From Anaeromyxobacteraceae bacterium (GTDB taxonomy: Bacteria; Myxococcota; Myxococcia; Myxococcales; Anaeromyxobacteraceae), in assembly GCA_047602405.1 (NCBI GenBank), contig JASGHJ010000002.1, positions 128,001-192,000 on the forward strand: a stretch of 64,000 bases of DNA. The letters are read 5' to 3'. How positions within the stretch are numbered: the first letter of the stretch is position 1; each line of letters starts with the position of its first letter. The notes under the pieces were generated by a model. It worked only from the letters and a program-made list of their open reading frames with translations, ran no database searches and was not told where the DNA came from. Positions 1-12,568 of this stretch are shown here, one piece after another. The translations under genes and the position numbers were made by a program.

Positions 1-348
1 GTGCTGAAGCGCAGCTGGGACTACGGCGGCAAGAGCGTGCACCTCGGCGCCGAGCTCGAGCCCGCGGCCTGGGCCCAGGCGGTGGACGCGGCGCTCGCCG
101 ACCCGCGCGGCGGCGGGTTCGTGGCGCAGGAGCGGATCTTCGCGCGGCGCGGGCCCGCCACCCGCATCACGCCCGACGGCGCCCACCCGGGCGTCCTCTA
201 CCGGGACCTCTCGACCTACTGCGGCCTCGGCCCGTCGCGGCCGGACGGCTCGGTCGTGCGCGCCGCGGCGTCGCCCATCGTGAACATCCTCGGCGGCGGC
301 GGCCTCGCCGCGCTCGTGCCCGCGGACGTCCTCGCCGCCCTCGCGTGA
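1..348 (+). CDS. C-terminal part of a circularly permuted ATP-grasp-like ligase (5' end outside window)
   Basis: LKRSWDYGGKSVHLG, FVAQE and terminal VNILGGGG motifs resemble the ATP-grasp ligase C-terminus; TGA overlaps the next ATG. Confidence 0.55.
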   Translation: MLKRSWDYGGKSVHLGAELEPAAWAQAVDAALADPRGGGFVAQERIFARRGPATRITPDGAHPGVLYRDLSTYCGLGPSRPDGSVVRAAASPIVNILGGGGLAALVPADVLAALA

Positions 349-1529
349 TGTCCCCGCTCGACCGCCTCGGCCGCGCGGCCCTGCCTGCGGCCACGGCCGC
401 CCTCGCGCTGCTCCTCGTCCTGCCGCGCGCCGACGCCCCCTTCAGCGGGCCGAAGCGCACCGCGCTCGTCGTCGCGGCGGCCCTCTCGCTCGCGCTCCTG
501 CCCTGGACGCGCCGGCGCCCGGCCGCGCTCCTGGCCCTGCCGGTCGCCTCGGTCGCGCTCTCGGCGTTCCTCGGCCCGCACACGGCCCCGGCCGCCGCCT
601 GGACCGCGCTCGGCGGCGCGGTGCTCGCCTTCGCGTGGACCGCGAGCGGGGTCTCCCGCGCGGCGGTCGTGCCGGCGGCGGCCGGGGCGGGGGCGATCGC
701 GGCGCTCGTCGCGCTCGCGCAGTGGGCCGGGCTCGACCCGTTCGCCGCGTGGGCCCCGGCCGCCGGGGGCGCGCGCCTCGGGGTCTACGGCACGCTCGGC
801 AACCCGGACTTCGTCGCCTCGGCGCTGGCGGTGCCGTTCGCGCTCGCGCTCGGGGAGGTGCCCGGCGCGCGGCGGCGCTGGCCGTGGGCCCTCGCCGCGG
901 CGGCGATGGCGCTCGCGCTCGCGGCGACGCGCTCCTTCGCGACGGTCGTCGCGCTCGGGGCCGGCCTCGCCGCCGCGCTCCTCCACGGCGCGCTCCACGG
1001 CGGGCGGATCCCGCGGCGGGCCGCCGTCGCGCTCGCGGTGGGCGCGGTGCTCCTCGCGCTGCCGCTCGCGGGGCGCTCGGCCTCGGCGGCGGCGGGCGGG
1101 CGGATCTACCTCGTGCGCGTCGCGGCGCCCCACGCGCTCGCCGCACCCGCCGCCGGGCTCGGCCCGGGCGCGGTCGAGCGGCTCTGGCCGGCCTGGGAGC
1201 TCGAGCTCTGGAAGGACCGCTGCGGCGAGGACCGCGCCTGCGTCGAGGCCCACCGGGAGGGCGTGTTCACCGGCCGCCAGGATCACCTGCACGCCGACTG
1301 GCTGGAGCTCCTCGTGGAGCGGGGCGTGCCGGGGGTGGTCTCGCTCCTCGTGCTCCTCGGGGTGGGGCTCGCCGGCGCGGCGTCGCGCCCGGGGCCGCGA
1401 GACGCCGCCCTCGGCGGTGCCTTGACGGCCGTGGCGGCGCGGGCGAGCTTCGACTTCCCCATGGCGCGCCCCGCCGACCTCGTGCTGCTCGCGCTCGCCG
1501 TCGCCCTCGCCGTCGACCCGGAGGACTGA
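348..1529 (+). CDS. O-antigen ligase (Wzy_C) family membrane protein
   Basis: Multi-TM; GTLGNPDF and HLHADWLELLVERG motifs typical of WaaL/O-oligosaccharyltransferase family. Confidence 0.8.
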   Translation: MSPLDRLGRAALPAATAALALLLVLPRADAPFSGPKRTALVVAAALSLALLPWTRRRPAALLALPVASVALSAFLGPHTAPAAAWTALGGAVLAFAWTASGVSRAAVVPAAAGAGAIAALVALAQWAGLDPFAAWAPAAGGARLGVYGTLGNPDFVASALAVPFALALGEVPGARRRWPWALAAAAMALALAATRSFATVVALGAGLAAALLHGALHGGRIPRRAAVALAVGAVLLALPLAGRSASAAAGGRIYLVRVAAPHALAAPAAGLGPGAVERLWPAWELELWKDRCGEDRACVEAHREGVFTGRQDHLHADWLELLVERGVPGVVSLLVLLGVGLAGAASRPGPRDAALGGALTAVAARASFDFPMARPADLVLLALAVALAVDPED

Positions 1530-2504
1530 ATGAACCGCCGGAACCTCGCGCTCCTCGCCGCCCTCGCCCTGCCGCTCGCGCTCGCCGCCGCGGCCGACGC
1601 CGTGCCCGCCTGGCAGGCGAAGCTCGACGCCTTCGAGAAGACCGGCGAGGCCGAGCGGAAGAAGCTCGGCCTCGACCGGAACCGCGACGCGCTCCGCCAG
1701 CGCTACCCGACGCCGGAGGTGACGTTCGGGGAGCCGCGCGTGCTCTGCCCCGGCGCGGTCGCCGACGTGAAGCTCGACGGGAAGATCCAGGAGGGCTCGC
1801 TGGTCGTCGCGCGCACCGACGCCGCCGAGGTGGCCTCCGGGGCGCGGACGAAGGACGGCGGGTGGGCGGGCAAGGTCCGGGCGGTCCCCGGGGCCGCGCC
1901 CGGCCCGGTGAACCTCGTGGTCGTCGCGCCGGTCTCGCTCATCGAGGGGTACGCGACCCCGGTCTTCGTCGGCTGCCGGTACACGTTCACGCTCGACGCC
2001 GGCGGCGACGCGCTCGTCGTCCACGCGGACCTCTCGGGAGACGACGCGCGCGGGGAGGGCGAGTGGCGCCGCGCCGGGAAGGTGCTCGGCAAGGTGCCGT
2101 ACCGCCTCTCGATCTCGGAGGGCTCGGTGTCGCTCCAGCAGGACCAGAGCCCCGAGGAGATGCAGGCCCAGGTCGGCGGCTTCACCGGGATGATGGAGTC
2201 GAAGGCGTGGAAGGACCTCGACGCGCGCACGAACGTCGAGATGAAGAAGATCGAGGCCTGCGCGAAGCTCCCGCCGGAGAAGATGGCGGCCTGCTTCGCG
2301 GCCCCGCAGAAGGCGCTCGAGAAGCTGAACGAGGAGCGCCAGAAGCTCGTCGCGGGCGCCGAGGTCGCGGGCGCGCCCGCGTTCGGCTGCCGCCAGCTCG
2401 CGCTCACCCTCCGCGGCGGGAAGGTCGAGGGCGACGCCGAGCAGTGCGCGGGCAAGCGCACGAACGACCGGGTCGCGGTGAAGGGGACCTACGCGTCGCC
2501 CTGA
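1530..2504 (+). CDS. Secreted hypothetical protein
   Basis: N-terminal signal peptide, RBS GGAGG, strong GC3 codon bias, several Cys. Confidence 0.8.
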   Translation: MNRRNLALLAALALPLALAAAADAVPAWQAKLDAFEKTGEAERKKLGLDRNRDALRQRYPTPEVTFGEPRVLCPGAVADVKLDGKIQEGSLVVARTDAAEVASGARTKDGGWAGKVRAVPGAAPGPVNLVVVAPVSLIEGYATPVFVGCRYTFTLDAGGDALVVHADLSGDDARGEGEWRRAGKVLGKVPYRLSISEGSVSLQQDQSPEEMQAQVGGFTGMMESKAWKDLDARTNVEMKKIEACAKLPPEKMAACFAAPQKALEKLNEERQKLVAGAEVAGAPAFGCRQLALTLRGGKVEGDAEQCAGKRTNDRVAVKGTYASP

Positions 2505-2527
2505 GCTGCCGTGCCGCCCGTGGGCCG

Positions 2528-3274
2528 TCAGGGCGCCGCGAGCTCGGCGGGCGCGCCCTCGGACGGCCTGAAGTCGCGGATCGACGGCACCGAGGCGAGC
2601 ACCTGCTCCGGGCGGCCGCTGTGGTCGGTGTCGAGGTGGATGGCGAGCACACCCGGGAACGCGCGCGCGTAGAGGTTCACGTGCGCGGGCTCGTTGTCGA
2701 ACGCCGCGACGACCTCGCCCATCCGCTCGACCTCGAGGCACGCCTCCTCCTTCCAGGCGTCGTCGCCGAGCTCGGGATCCGGCTTCATGAGGAGCTCGAC
2801 GCGGTCGCCCGGGAGGGGGAACCCGTGGCGCGCGAGGCAATCCACCGTGCCCTCGCGCATGCCCCGGTGACGCCCGGTGACGTAGGCGATCCGCGCCCTC
2901 GCCCGGGCGAGCGCCGCCACGAAGGCGGGGGCCCCGGGGATCGGGACGTCGAGGCGGCAGTAGGCGCTCGTGAAGAAGCGCTCGCGCCAGAACGCCCGCA
3001 CCGGCCCGAGGTGTGCCTTCAGGCCCGCCGGGCCGAGGCCGGCGTTCGAGAGGGCGACGGCGAGGTCCCAGCCCTGCCAGTGCTCGGGCCGGGCGTCGAG
3101 GAGCGCCGGCACACCCGCGAGCGACGCGTAGTCCCGGACGATGCGGGCCTGGCGCGGGCGGTTGTCGAGGAGCGTGGAGTCGAGGTCGAAGACCACGACC
3201 GCCCCCGGCGTGCCACGGACGCGGGACAGCACCGCGGTGAGGAGGACGGCCTGATCGCCGGGTCGGGCGCGCAC
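2528..3274 (-). CDS. HAD-superfamily hydrolase
   Basis: VVFDLDSTL (motif I), YVTGR (motif II), LLMKP, AAFDNE. Confidence 0.85.
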   Translation of the reverse strand: MRARPGDQAVLLTAVLSRVRGTPGAVVVFDLDSTLLDNRPRQARIVRDYASLAGVPALLDARPEHWQGWDLAVALSNAGLGPAGLKAHLGPVRAFWRERFFTSAYCRLDVPIPGAPAFVAALARARARIAYVTGRHRGMREGTVDCLARHGFPLPGDRVELLMKPDPELGDDAWKEEACLEVERMGEVVAAFDNEPAHVNLYARAFPGVLAIHLDTDHSGRPEQVLASVPSIRDFRPSEGAPAELAAP

Positions 3275-3368
3275 CAGGGAGAGTTAGCGGCCGGGGGGCC
3301 GCCGCGCATCCTGGTATCGGCGCCGCCTCACCTTGGGACGGGCCGGGATTGCCTGTATCCTCCGGACC

Positions 3369-4337
3369 GTGGCGGAGGCGAAGCGCAAGATCCTCGTCGT
3401 CGACGACGCGAAGACCCAGGCCGACTGGCTCGTGGGGGTCCTCGAGCGCGAGGGCTACGACGTGCGCACGGCCGCGACCGGCGAGGACGCGATCAAGCAG
3501 GTGCGGCTCGATCCGCCGGACCTCGTGCTCCTCGACATGGTGCTGCCGGGCCTCGGCGGGCTCGAGGTGCTGCGCATCGTGAAGGCGCGCCCCGACGAGC
3601 ACTTCATCCCGGTGATCATCACCTCGCAGAAGACCGACACCGAGTCGAAGGTGAAGGGGCTGCGCATCGGGGCCGACGACTACGTCGCGAAGCCGCTCGA
3701 GGAGACCGAGATCCTGGCGCGCTGCAACGCGATGCTGCGCATCAAGACGCTCCAGGACCAGCTCCGCTCGAAGGAGAAGCTCCTCGAGGAGATGTCGGCG
3801 ACCGACGGCCTCACCCGCCTGAAGAACCGGCGCTTCTTCGACGAGCGGCTCTCCGAGGAGTTCCGGCGCGCCTCGCGCTACTCCGATCCGCTGTCGCTCA
3901 TCATGGTCGACCTCGACCACTTCAAGGAGATCAACGACCACTTCGGCCACCCGAACGGCGACGCCGTCCTCCGCGAGGCGGGCGACGTGATCCGCGCCTC
4001 CACCCGCGAGCCCGACATCTGCGCGCGGTACGGCGGCGAGGAGTTCGCGGTCATCCTGCCGAAGACGCACCTCACCGGCGCGCTCGCGGTGGCGGAGCGC
4101 ATCTGGAAGGAGCTCGGGTCGAAGGTCTACCGGCTGAAGCCGCCCGGCGGCGGCGACGCGATGGAGCGGCGGGTGACGGCCTCGCTCGGCGTCGCCGCGT
4201 TCCCGTACGTGGACATCACGAACGCCGAGCTCCTCCTGAAGTACGCCGACGCCGCGCTCTACCAGGCGAAGGAGTCGGGCCGGAACACCATCTGCCTCTA
4301 CCAGCGCCAGCCGTACCGGTACGACGCGGCCCGGTAG
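3369..4337 (+). CDS. Response-regulator diguanylate cyclase (REC + GGEEF)
   Basis: ILVVDD...LLD...KP receiver; DLDHFKEINDHFGH; I-site REPD upstream of RYGGEEF; GTG start 7 nt after TATCCT. Confidence 0.93.
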   Translation: MAEAKRKILVVDDAKTQADWLVGVLEREGYDVRTAATGEDAIKQVRLDPPDLVLLDMVLPGLGGLEVLRIVKARPDEHFIPVIITSQKTDTESKVKGLRIGADDYVAKPLEETEILARCNAMLRIKTLQDQLRSKEKLLEEMSATDGLTRLKNRRFFDERLSEEFRRASRYSDPLSLIMVDLDHFKEINDHFGHPNGDAVLREAGDVIRASTREPDICARYGGEEFAVILPKTHLTGALAVAERIWKELGSKVYRLKPPGGGDAMERRVTASLGVAAFPYVDITNAELLLKYADAALYQAKESGRNTICLYQRQPYRYDAAR

Positions 4338-4499
4338 CTTGGGGGGCGAGGTCGTATCCCGACCCACCCCGGCGCCGCCCTGCCGGTGGGTCCTCGCGGC
4401 CGGTCGATCCGCGTAACCCCGTGTGAAGACGGGCCTGGTGCGATCTCGACGGTGGGTTTCGGACCCGCGGAGAGGCCTCCGGCACTCGTCAGGTTGAGT

Positions 4500-4572
4500 G
4501 GACCCAGGGTGCAGGGGTACCCTGGGGCCCAGGCTCCCAAAGCTCCGGAAACACAGGACCCCGGGTGCAGGG
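4500..4572 (+). repeat. 17-bp direct repeat pair GGACCC(A/C)GGGTGCAGGG upstream of kinase/sigma54-activator operon
   Basis: Copies at 4500-4516 and 4556-4572, 16/17 identical. Confidence 0.7.
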
Positions 4573-4611
4573 AGCCATGGATCGGGCCGTGCACCCGCCG
4601 GAGGCGCCAAG

Positions 4612-6210
<1,599 letters not shown>

Positions 6211-6240
6211 CGCCGCCGCACCGAGAAGCGAGGAGACACC

Positions 6241-7701
<1,461 letters not shown>

Positions 7702-7899
7702 GGCTCGCACCCGTTCGCCCGAGCCCGTCGGAGGGCGGAGGCACGGTTCCCCGGGGAGGGGTGCCACGCGGCCCGTTCCGGCCCACGCCGGGGCGGGCCG
7801 TCCTGCGTCCGCCGCCCGGCGGGGCTGCACCCCGGGTGAGGCGTCGCGCCCCGGTGTCGGGCGCGTCCCGGCGCGCTAGAGTGGGCCGAGGGGCCCGCC

Positions 7900-8706
7900 A
7901 TGCCTGCCACGTCGATCCTCGAGCGCCTTGCGGTCCGCGTGGTGGGCGAGGGCCCGCGCGTGGTCGTCCTCGCCCACGGCTTCGGGTCCACCCAGACGGC
8001 CTGGGACGGCCAGGTCGCGGCCCTCGCGCCGCGCTGCCGCCTCGTCCTCTTCGATCACCTCGGGTGCGGCAAGGCCGCGGACGGCTACGACCCGGACCGC
8101 TACGACGCCCTCGACGCGTACGCCCGGGACCTGCTCGCGATCCACGCCGCGCTCGGCCTCGAGTGGGACGTCTACGTCGGTCACTCCGCCGCGGGGATGA
8201 TCGGCGTGCTCGCGTCGCTCGCGCGGCCGGACCTGTTCGATCGCCTGGTCCTCCTCGGGGCGTCGCCGCGCTACCTCGACGACACGGGGTACGTGGGGGG
8301 CTTCACCCGCGGCGACCTCGACGCCCTCTACCGGGCGATGGCGCGCGACTACCTCGGCTGGGCGAACGGGTTCGGTCCGGTCGCCATGGGCAACCCCGGC
8401 CGCCCCAGCCTGGGCGCCGCGTTCGCGCAGTCGCTGGGCGGGATGCGGCCCGACGTGGCGCAGTCGGTGGCGCGCGCGATCTTCGAGTCGGACTTCAGGA
8501 GCCGCCTCGGCGAGGTGCAGGTGCCGACGCTCGTGCTCCAGTCGAGGAACGACGTGGCGGTGCCGATGGAGGTGGGGACGTACCTCGCGCGCCACATCCC
8601 GCGCAGCCGGCTGCGGGTCCTGGACGCGGAGGGGCACTTCCCGCACGTGAGCGCGCCCGAGCAGGTGAACGGGGCGCTCGTCGAGGAGCTCGCGCTTGTC
8701 GCCTGA
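7900..8706 (+). CDS. RsbQ/KAI2-like alpha/beta hydrolase
   Basis: LAHGFG, YVGHSAAG nucleophile elbow, SPRYLDD..YVGGF, QSRNDVAVP, EGHFPHVSAP. Confidence 0.9.
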   Translation: MPATSILERLAVRVVGEGPRVVVLAHGFGSTQTAWDGQVAALAPRCRLVLFDHLGCGKAADGYDPDRYDALDAYARDLLAIHAALGLEWDVYVGHSAAGMIGVLASLARPDLFDRLVLLGASPRYLDDTGYVGGFTRGDLDALYRAMARDYLGWANGFGPVAMGNPGRPSLGAAFAQSLGGMRPDVAQSVARAIFESDFRSRLGEVQVPTLVLQSRNDVAVPMEVGTYLARHIPRSRLRVLDAEGHFPHVSAPEQVNGALVEELALVA

Positions 8707-10333
8707 GCGCACGCCGGGCGAGCCGGAGCCGGGCGCGCTCCGCTTCGGGGAGCTCATCGAGGGCTTCGCCGATCCGCTCGTCGCCGTGGACGCCGACGGG
8801 CGGATCCGCTACGCGAACGCCGCGACGAGCGCCGTGCTCGGGCACGGCCCGGCGGGCGTGATCGCCCGGCCGCTGTCGTCGCTCCTCCACCCCTCCGAGA
8901 GCCAGGCGCTGCTGGTCCGCCTGCACGACGTGCTCGCCGGCGGGAGCACCGCGGTCCTCGAGCACCGGATCCTGCGTGGAGACGGGCACTGGGAGCTCGT
9001 GGAGACCCTCCCGAACCGGCTGGTCGATCCGGCGGGCCGCAGCTCGCTCCTGCTCCACGTCCGCAGCATCGCCCGGCGCCGCGAGGCCGAGGAGGCGCTG
9101 CGCGCGAGCGAGCGGGAGCAGCGGGCGCTCGCCGAGCAGCTCCACCAGGCCCAGAAGCTCGAGAGCATCGGGCGCCTCGCCGGCGGCGTCGCGCACGACT
9201 TCAACAACCTCCTCACCGTCATGCTCGCCTGCGGCACCGAGCTCCGCGCCGCGGTGCCACGCGTCGACCCGGACCTCGTGGAGGCGTGCGACGATCTCCT
9301 CGGCGCGGCGCGCCGGGGCACCGAGCTGACCCAGCAGCTCCTCGCGTTCGCGCGCAAGCACCCGGGCGCCCCCGTGCGGACCGATCTCACCGAGGTGGTC
9401 CGGCAGACCGAGCGGCTCGTGGGCAGGGTCATCGGGGAGGACGTCCAGGTCCGCGAGGCGCTCACCGACGCACCGTGGCCGGTGCGGTGCGACCCGGGCC
9501 TGATGAGCCAGGTGCTCATGAACCTCGCGGTGAACGCCCGGGACGCCATGCCCCAGGGCGGCACGCTGACGCTCTCGACCGAGAACGTGGTGCTCGGTCC
9601 GGAGGCCGCGGCGGAGCGGGCGGTGGCGCCCGGGCGCTACGTGCGGCTCGGGGTGGAGGACGACGGGAAGGGGATGTCGGCCGAGGTGCTGCAGCACGTC
9701 TTCGAGCCCTTCTTCACCACGAAGGCCCCCGGCGCCGGCACCGGCCTCGGGCTCGCGACCGTCTACGGCATCGTGAAGCAGAGCGGGGGGCACGTGAACG
9801 TCCGCTCCGCGCCCGGCGCGGGCACGCGCTTCGAGCTGCTCTTCCCGGCCGCCGAGGCCGCGGCCGCCCCGGCGCCCCCCGAGGAGGGCCCCATGCCCGG
9901 CGGGACGGAGCGGGTGCTGCTCGTGGAGGACGACGAGGCGATCCGCAAGATCGCCGCCCGGGTGCTCCGGCGCGCGGGCTACGACCTCGCGGTCGCCGAC
10001 GGTGGCGAGGCCGCCATCGAGCTCCTGCGGCTCGGCCCGCCGTTCGACCTCGTGGTGACCGACGTCGTGATGCCCGGCGTGGGGGGGCGCGAGCTCGCCC
10101 TGTTCGCGGAGGCGCTGGGCCCCCGGCCGAGGGTGCTCTTCATGTCGGGCTTCCCGGACGCCGCGGCCACGCGGCTCGGGCCCCTCGCCGACGAGCTGCA
10201 CCTGCTCGCGAAGCCCTTCTCGGGCTCCGCGCTCCTCACGCGGGTGCGGGCGGTGCTGGGCGGGCCGCGGCCGTCCGCTACGGGAACAGCGTCTCCGGCA
10301 GCCGCGGGTTCGCCTGGGCCTTCTCGGTCGTGA
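8696..10333 (+). CDS. PAS-domain hybrid histidine kinase with C-terminal receiver
   Basis: PAS, VAHDFNNLL, NLAVNARDAM, GTGLGL, VLLVEDD; TTG start overlaps hydrolase end, RBS GAGGAG. Confidence 0.92.
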   Translation: MSPERTPGEPEPGALRFGELIEGFADPLVAVDADGRIRYANAATSAVLGHGPAGVIARPLSSLLHPSESQALLVRLHDVLAGGSTAVLEHRILRGDGHWELVETLPNRLVDPAGRSSLLLHVRSIARRREAEEALRASEREQRALAEQLHQAQKLESIGRLAGGVAHDFNNLLTVMLACGTELRAAVPRVDPDLVEACDDLLGAARRGTELTQQLLAFARKHPGAPVRTDLTEVVRQTERLVGRVIGEDVQVREALTDAPWPVRCDPGLMSQVLMNLAVNARDAMPQGGTLTLSTENVVLGPEAAAERAVAPGRYVRLGVEDDGKGMSAEVLQHVFEPFFTTKAPGAGTGLGLATVYGIVKQSGGHVNVRSAPGAGTRFELLFPAAEAAAAPAPPEEGPMPGGTERVLLVEDDEAIRKIAARVLRRAGYDLAVADGGEAAIELLRLGPPFDLVVTDVVMPGVGGRELALFAEALGPRPRVLFMSGFPDAAATRLGPLADELHLLAKPFSGSALLTRVRAVLGGPRPSATGTASPAAAGSPGPSRS

Positions 10334-11039
10334 GCCGGAGCCGGAGCTCCTCGCCCTGCCAGACCTCGATGGCGCGGGGGAACCAGTCGCCGCCGGTGGG
10401 GCTGCCCCAGCCGAGGAGCCGCACGTCGTAGAGCGTCCCGCCCTCCTGCGCGACGAGGCGCGCGGGCTGGAAGGTGTCCTTCTCGACCATCGCGAGCGGC
10501 CTCGCGTCCTTCGCGCGCGCCCCGAGGACGTAGACCACCTTGCCCTCGAAGCGTCCGAGCGAGGCGTCGGCGAGGCCGACGCCGCGGCGGCCGAGCGCGG
10601 CGGCGTAGTTGCCCGGCGCGTCGCCGGACACCGTCGTCGCGAGGAGCGTGCAGACCGCGCGCACGAGCGCGGCGGCGGGCGCGGAGTCGGCGAGCGCGCC
10701 CTTGCCGGTGACCTTGCCGTCGCGCAGCGAGGCGAAGGTGCGGTCGGCCTCGGCCACCTCGGGCCCGCCGGCCTCGAGCCGGCAGCGGCCGGGGATCTTG
10801 AGGTCGAGCCGGGCGGGGAGGGCGACGCGCTGCGCGCCGGCGCGGCCGGCGGTGGCCGCGAGCTTCTCGGCCCCGGGCCCCTCGGCGCGGAGCGTCCCGG
10901 TGACCTCGAGCGCCTCGAGGTTGAGCGCGGCGCGCTTCTCGCCCATGCGCTTCAGGATCCCGGAGACCGGCAGGACGTACGCGAGCGCCGGGACCGCCGC
11001 GGCGAGCGCGACGGCGGCGGCGAGGCGGCGGGCCCTCAC
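10278..11039 (-). CDS. Exported hypothetical protein (possibly LolA/MucB-like fold)
   Basis: Signal peptide; GTG overlaps galU TGA; beta-rich C-terminus ending LPETLFP; fold is a guess. Confidence 0.7.
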   Translation of the reverse strand: MRARRLAAAVALAAAVPALAYVLPVSGILKRMGEKRAALNLEALEVTGTLRAEGPGAEKLAATAGRAGAQRVALPARLDLKIPGRCRLEAGGPEVAEADRTFASLRDGKVTGKGALADSAPAAALVRAVCTLLATTVSGDAPGNYAAALGRRGVGLADASLGRFEGKVVYVLGARAKDARPLAMVEKDTFQPARLVAQEGGTLYDVRLLGWGSPTGGDWFPRAIEVWQGEELRLRLTTEKAQANPRLPETLFP

Positions 11040-11902
11040 TTCGAGAGCTCCCGCAGCCACTCCCGGAGCGGGCCGGCGAGCTCGGGCCGCTTCAGCGCGT
11101 AGGCGACGTTGGCCTTCAGGTAGCCGAACCGGTCGCCCGCGTCGTAGCGGTCGCCCTCGAAGCGGTAGCCGAGGAGACCCTCCTCGCGCGCCAGCACCGC
11201 GAGCGCGTCGGTGAGCTGGATCTCGCCGCCCACGCCGGGCCGGACCTGCTCGAGCACCTCGAAGATGCGCGGCGGGAGCACGTAGCGGCCGATCACCGCG
11301 AGGTTCGAGGGCGGGTCCTTCTTCGGCTTCTCGACCAGCCGCTCGATCTTCATCGTGCGCTCGTCGACCGGCTTGCCGGCGGCGATGCCGTACATGCCGG
11401 TGTCCTCGCGCGGGACCTCCATGAGCGCGATGGTCCCGAGCCCGTGCCGGTCCCAGCAGTCGGCGAGCTGCTTCGTGCCCGGCACCGCGGCGTCGATGAT
11501 GTCGTCCCCCAGCATGACCACGAACGGCTCGTCGCCGACGAGGTCCTTCGCGCAGAGCACCGCGTGGCCCAGGCCGAGCGGCTCCTGCTGGCGGACCGTC
11601 ACGACGTTCGCCATCTGCGCGATCGCCCGCATCTGCTTCTTGAGCTCGGCCTTGCCGGTCCGCTCGAGGTTCGCCTCGAGCTCGCCCGCGATGTCGAAGT
11701 GATCGGCGATGGAGTCCTTGCCGCGCGCGACCACCAGGATCACGTCCCGCACGCCGGCCGCGACGGCCTCCGCGACGATGTACTGGATCGTCGGGGTGTC
11801 GACGATGGGCAGCATCTCCTTCGGGACGGCCTTCGTCGCCGGCAGGAAGCGGGTGCCCAGCCCGGCGGCGGGGATGACGGCCTTGCGGATCTTCTTCGCC
11901 AT
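11036..11902 (-). CDS. galU: UTP--glucose-1-phosphate uridylyltransferase
   Basis: KAVIPAAGLGTRFLPATKAVPKEMLPIVD, GLGHAV, LVEKP, GEIQLTDA. Confidence 0.97.
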   Translation of the reverse strand: MAKKIRKAVIPAAGLGTRFLPATKAVPKEMLPIVDTPTIQYIVAEAVAAGVRDVILVVARGKDSIADHFDIAGELEANLERTGKAELKKQMRAIAQMANVVTVRQQEPLGLGHAVLCAKDLVGDEPFVVMLGDDIIDAAVPGTKQLADCWDRHGLGTIALMEVPREDTGMYGIAAGKPVDERTMKIERLVEKPKKDPPSNLAVIGRYVLPPRIFEVLEQVRPGVGGEIQLTDALAVLAREEGLLGYRFEGDRYDAGDRFGYLKANVAYALKRPELAGPLREWLRELSK

Positions 11903-11992
11903 AGGTGGCGGCAATCTACCGCCCCTCCGGGCGGGCAGGTACCCCGTACCCGCGGGGCTGTGTCGCGCGGGGGGCTCGGCGCCCTGTGCTTC

Positions 11993-12072
11993 GAGGGGGC
12001 GTAGCCCCCTCCCCGTGGAGCGGAGCTCCACGGGGCCCCTCCCCGGAGCTGCTCCGCTGCGCTTCGCAGGGG
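11993..12072 (+). repeat. REP-like multi-hairpin dispersed repeat, family A copy 1
   Basis: Highly similar to the reverse complement of 40598-40680; hairpins GAGGGGGC-GTA-GCCCCCTC and CCCCGTGGAGC-GGA-GCTCCACGGGG. Confidence 0.85.
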
Positions 12073-12110
12073 GCCTGTCCGGGATCACGGGCGGTCCGCG
12101 TGCCCGGGGC

Positions 12111-12476
12111 TCAGGCCCGGGCGACGTGCTCCCGCTGCTCTGCCTCGGCCTTGCAGGTCACGCAGAGGTCGGTGATCGGCCGCGCCCGGAGCCGCTCGGG
12201 CGGGATCGGCCCGCCGCACGCCGTGCACCGCCCGAACGTGCCGGCCTCGAGCCGGGCGAGGGCGCCCCGGACCTTCTCCTCGAGCCTGAGCTCGCGATCG
12301 TGCAGCCGCACGCTGCGCGCGCGGACCTCCTCGGCCGTGGCGCGGTCGGCGGGATCGGGCAGCTCCTCCGCGCCCGGCCCCGCGAGGTCGCCCGCGACGC
12401 GGCGCTCCTCCTCGACGACCGCGGCGAGCAGCGCCTCCAGCCTGTGACGGTACCGCTCCACCTCGCGCTTCCGCAT
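12111..12476 (-). CDS. DksA/TraR family C4 zinc-finger protein
   Basis: Coiled-coil tip DPADRA (DxxDxA), CTACG...IPPERLRARP..LCVTC. Confidence 0.9.
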   Translation of the reverse strand: MRKREVERYRHRLEALLAAVVEEERRVAGDLAGPGAEELPDPADRATAEEVRARSVRLHDRELRLEEKVRGALARLEAGTFGRCTACGGPIPPERLRARPITDLCVTCKAEAEQREHVARA

Positions 12477-12568
12477 GGCGTGCCTCCGTCGTCCATGACG
12501 TTAACGCCTCCGCCGGTGCGCGGGCCAGCATCCTTGCCGGGGGCCCCGAGCGACCGTATCCTCGCCCG

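Noticed and set aside
3369..4337. Possible Hypr GGDEF (cGAMP synthase)
   Set aside because: Keeps Asp in FKEINDHFGH, as in ordinary c-di-GMP cyclases
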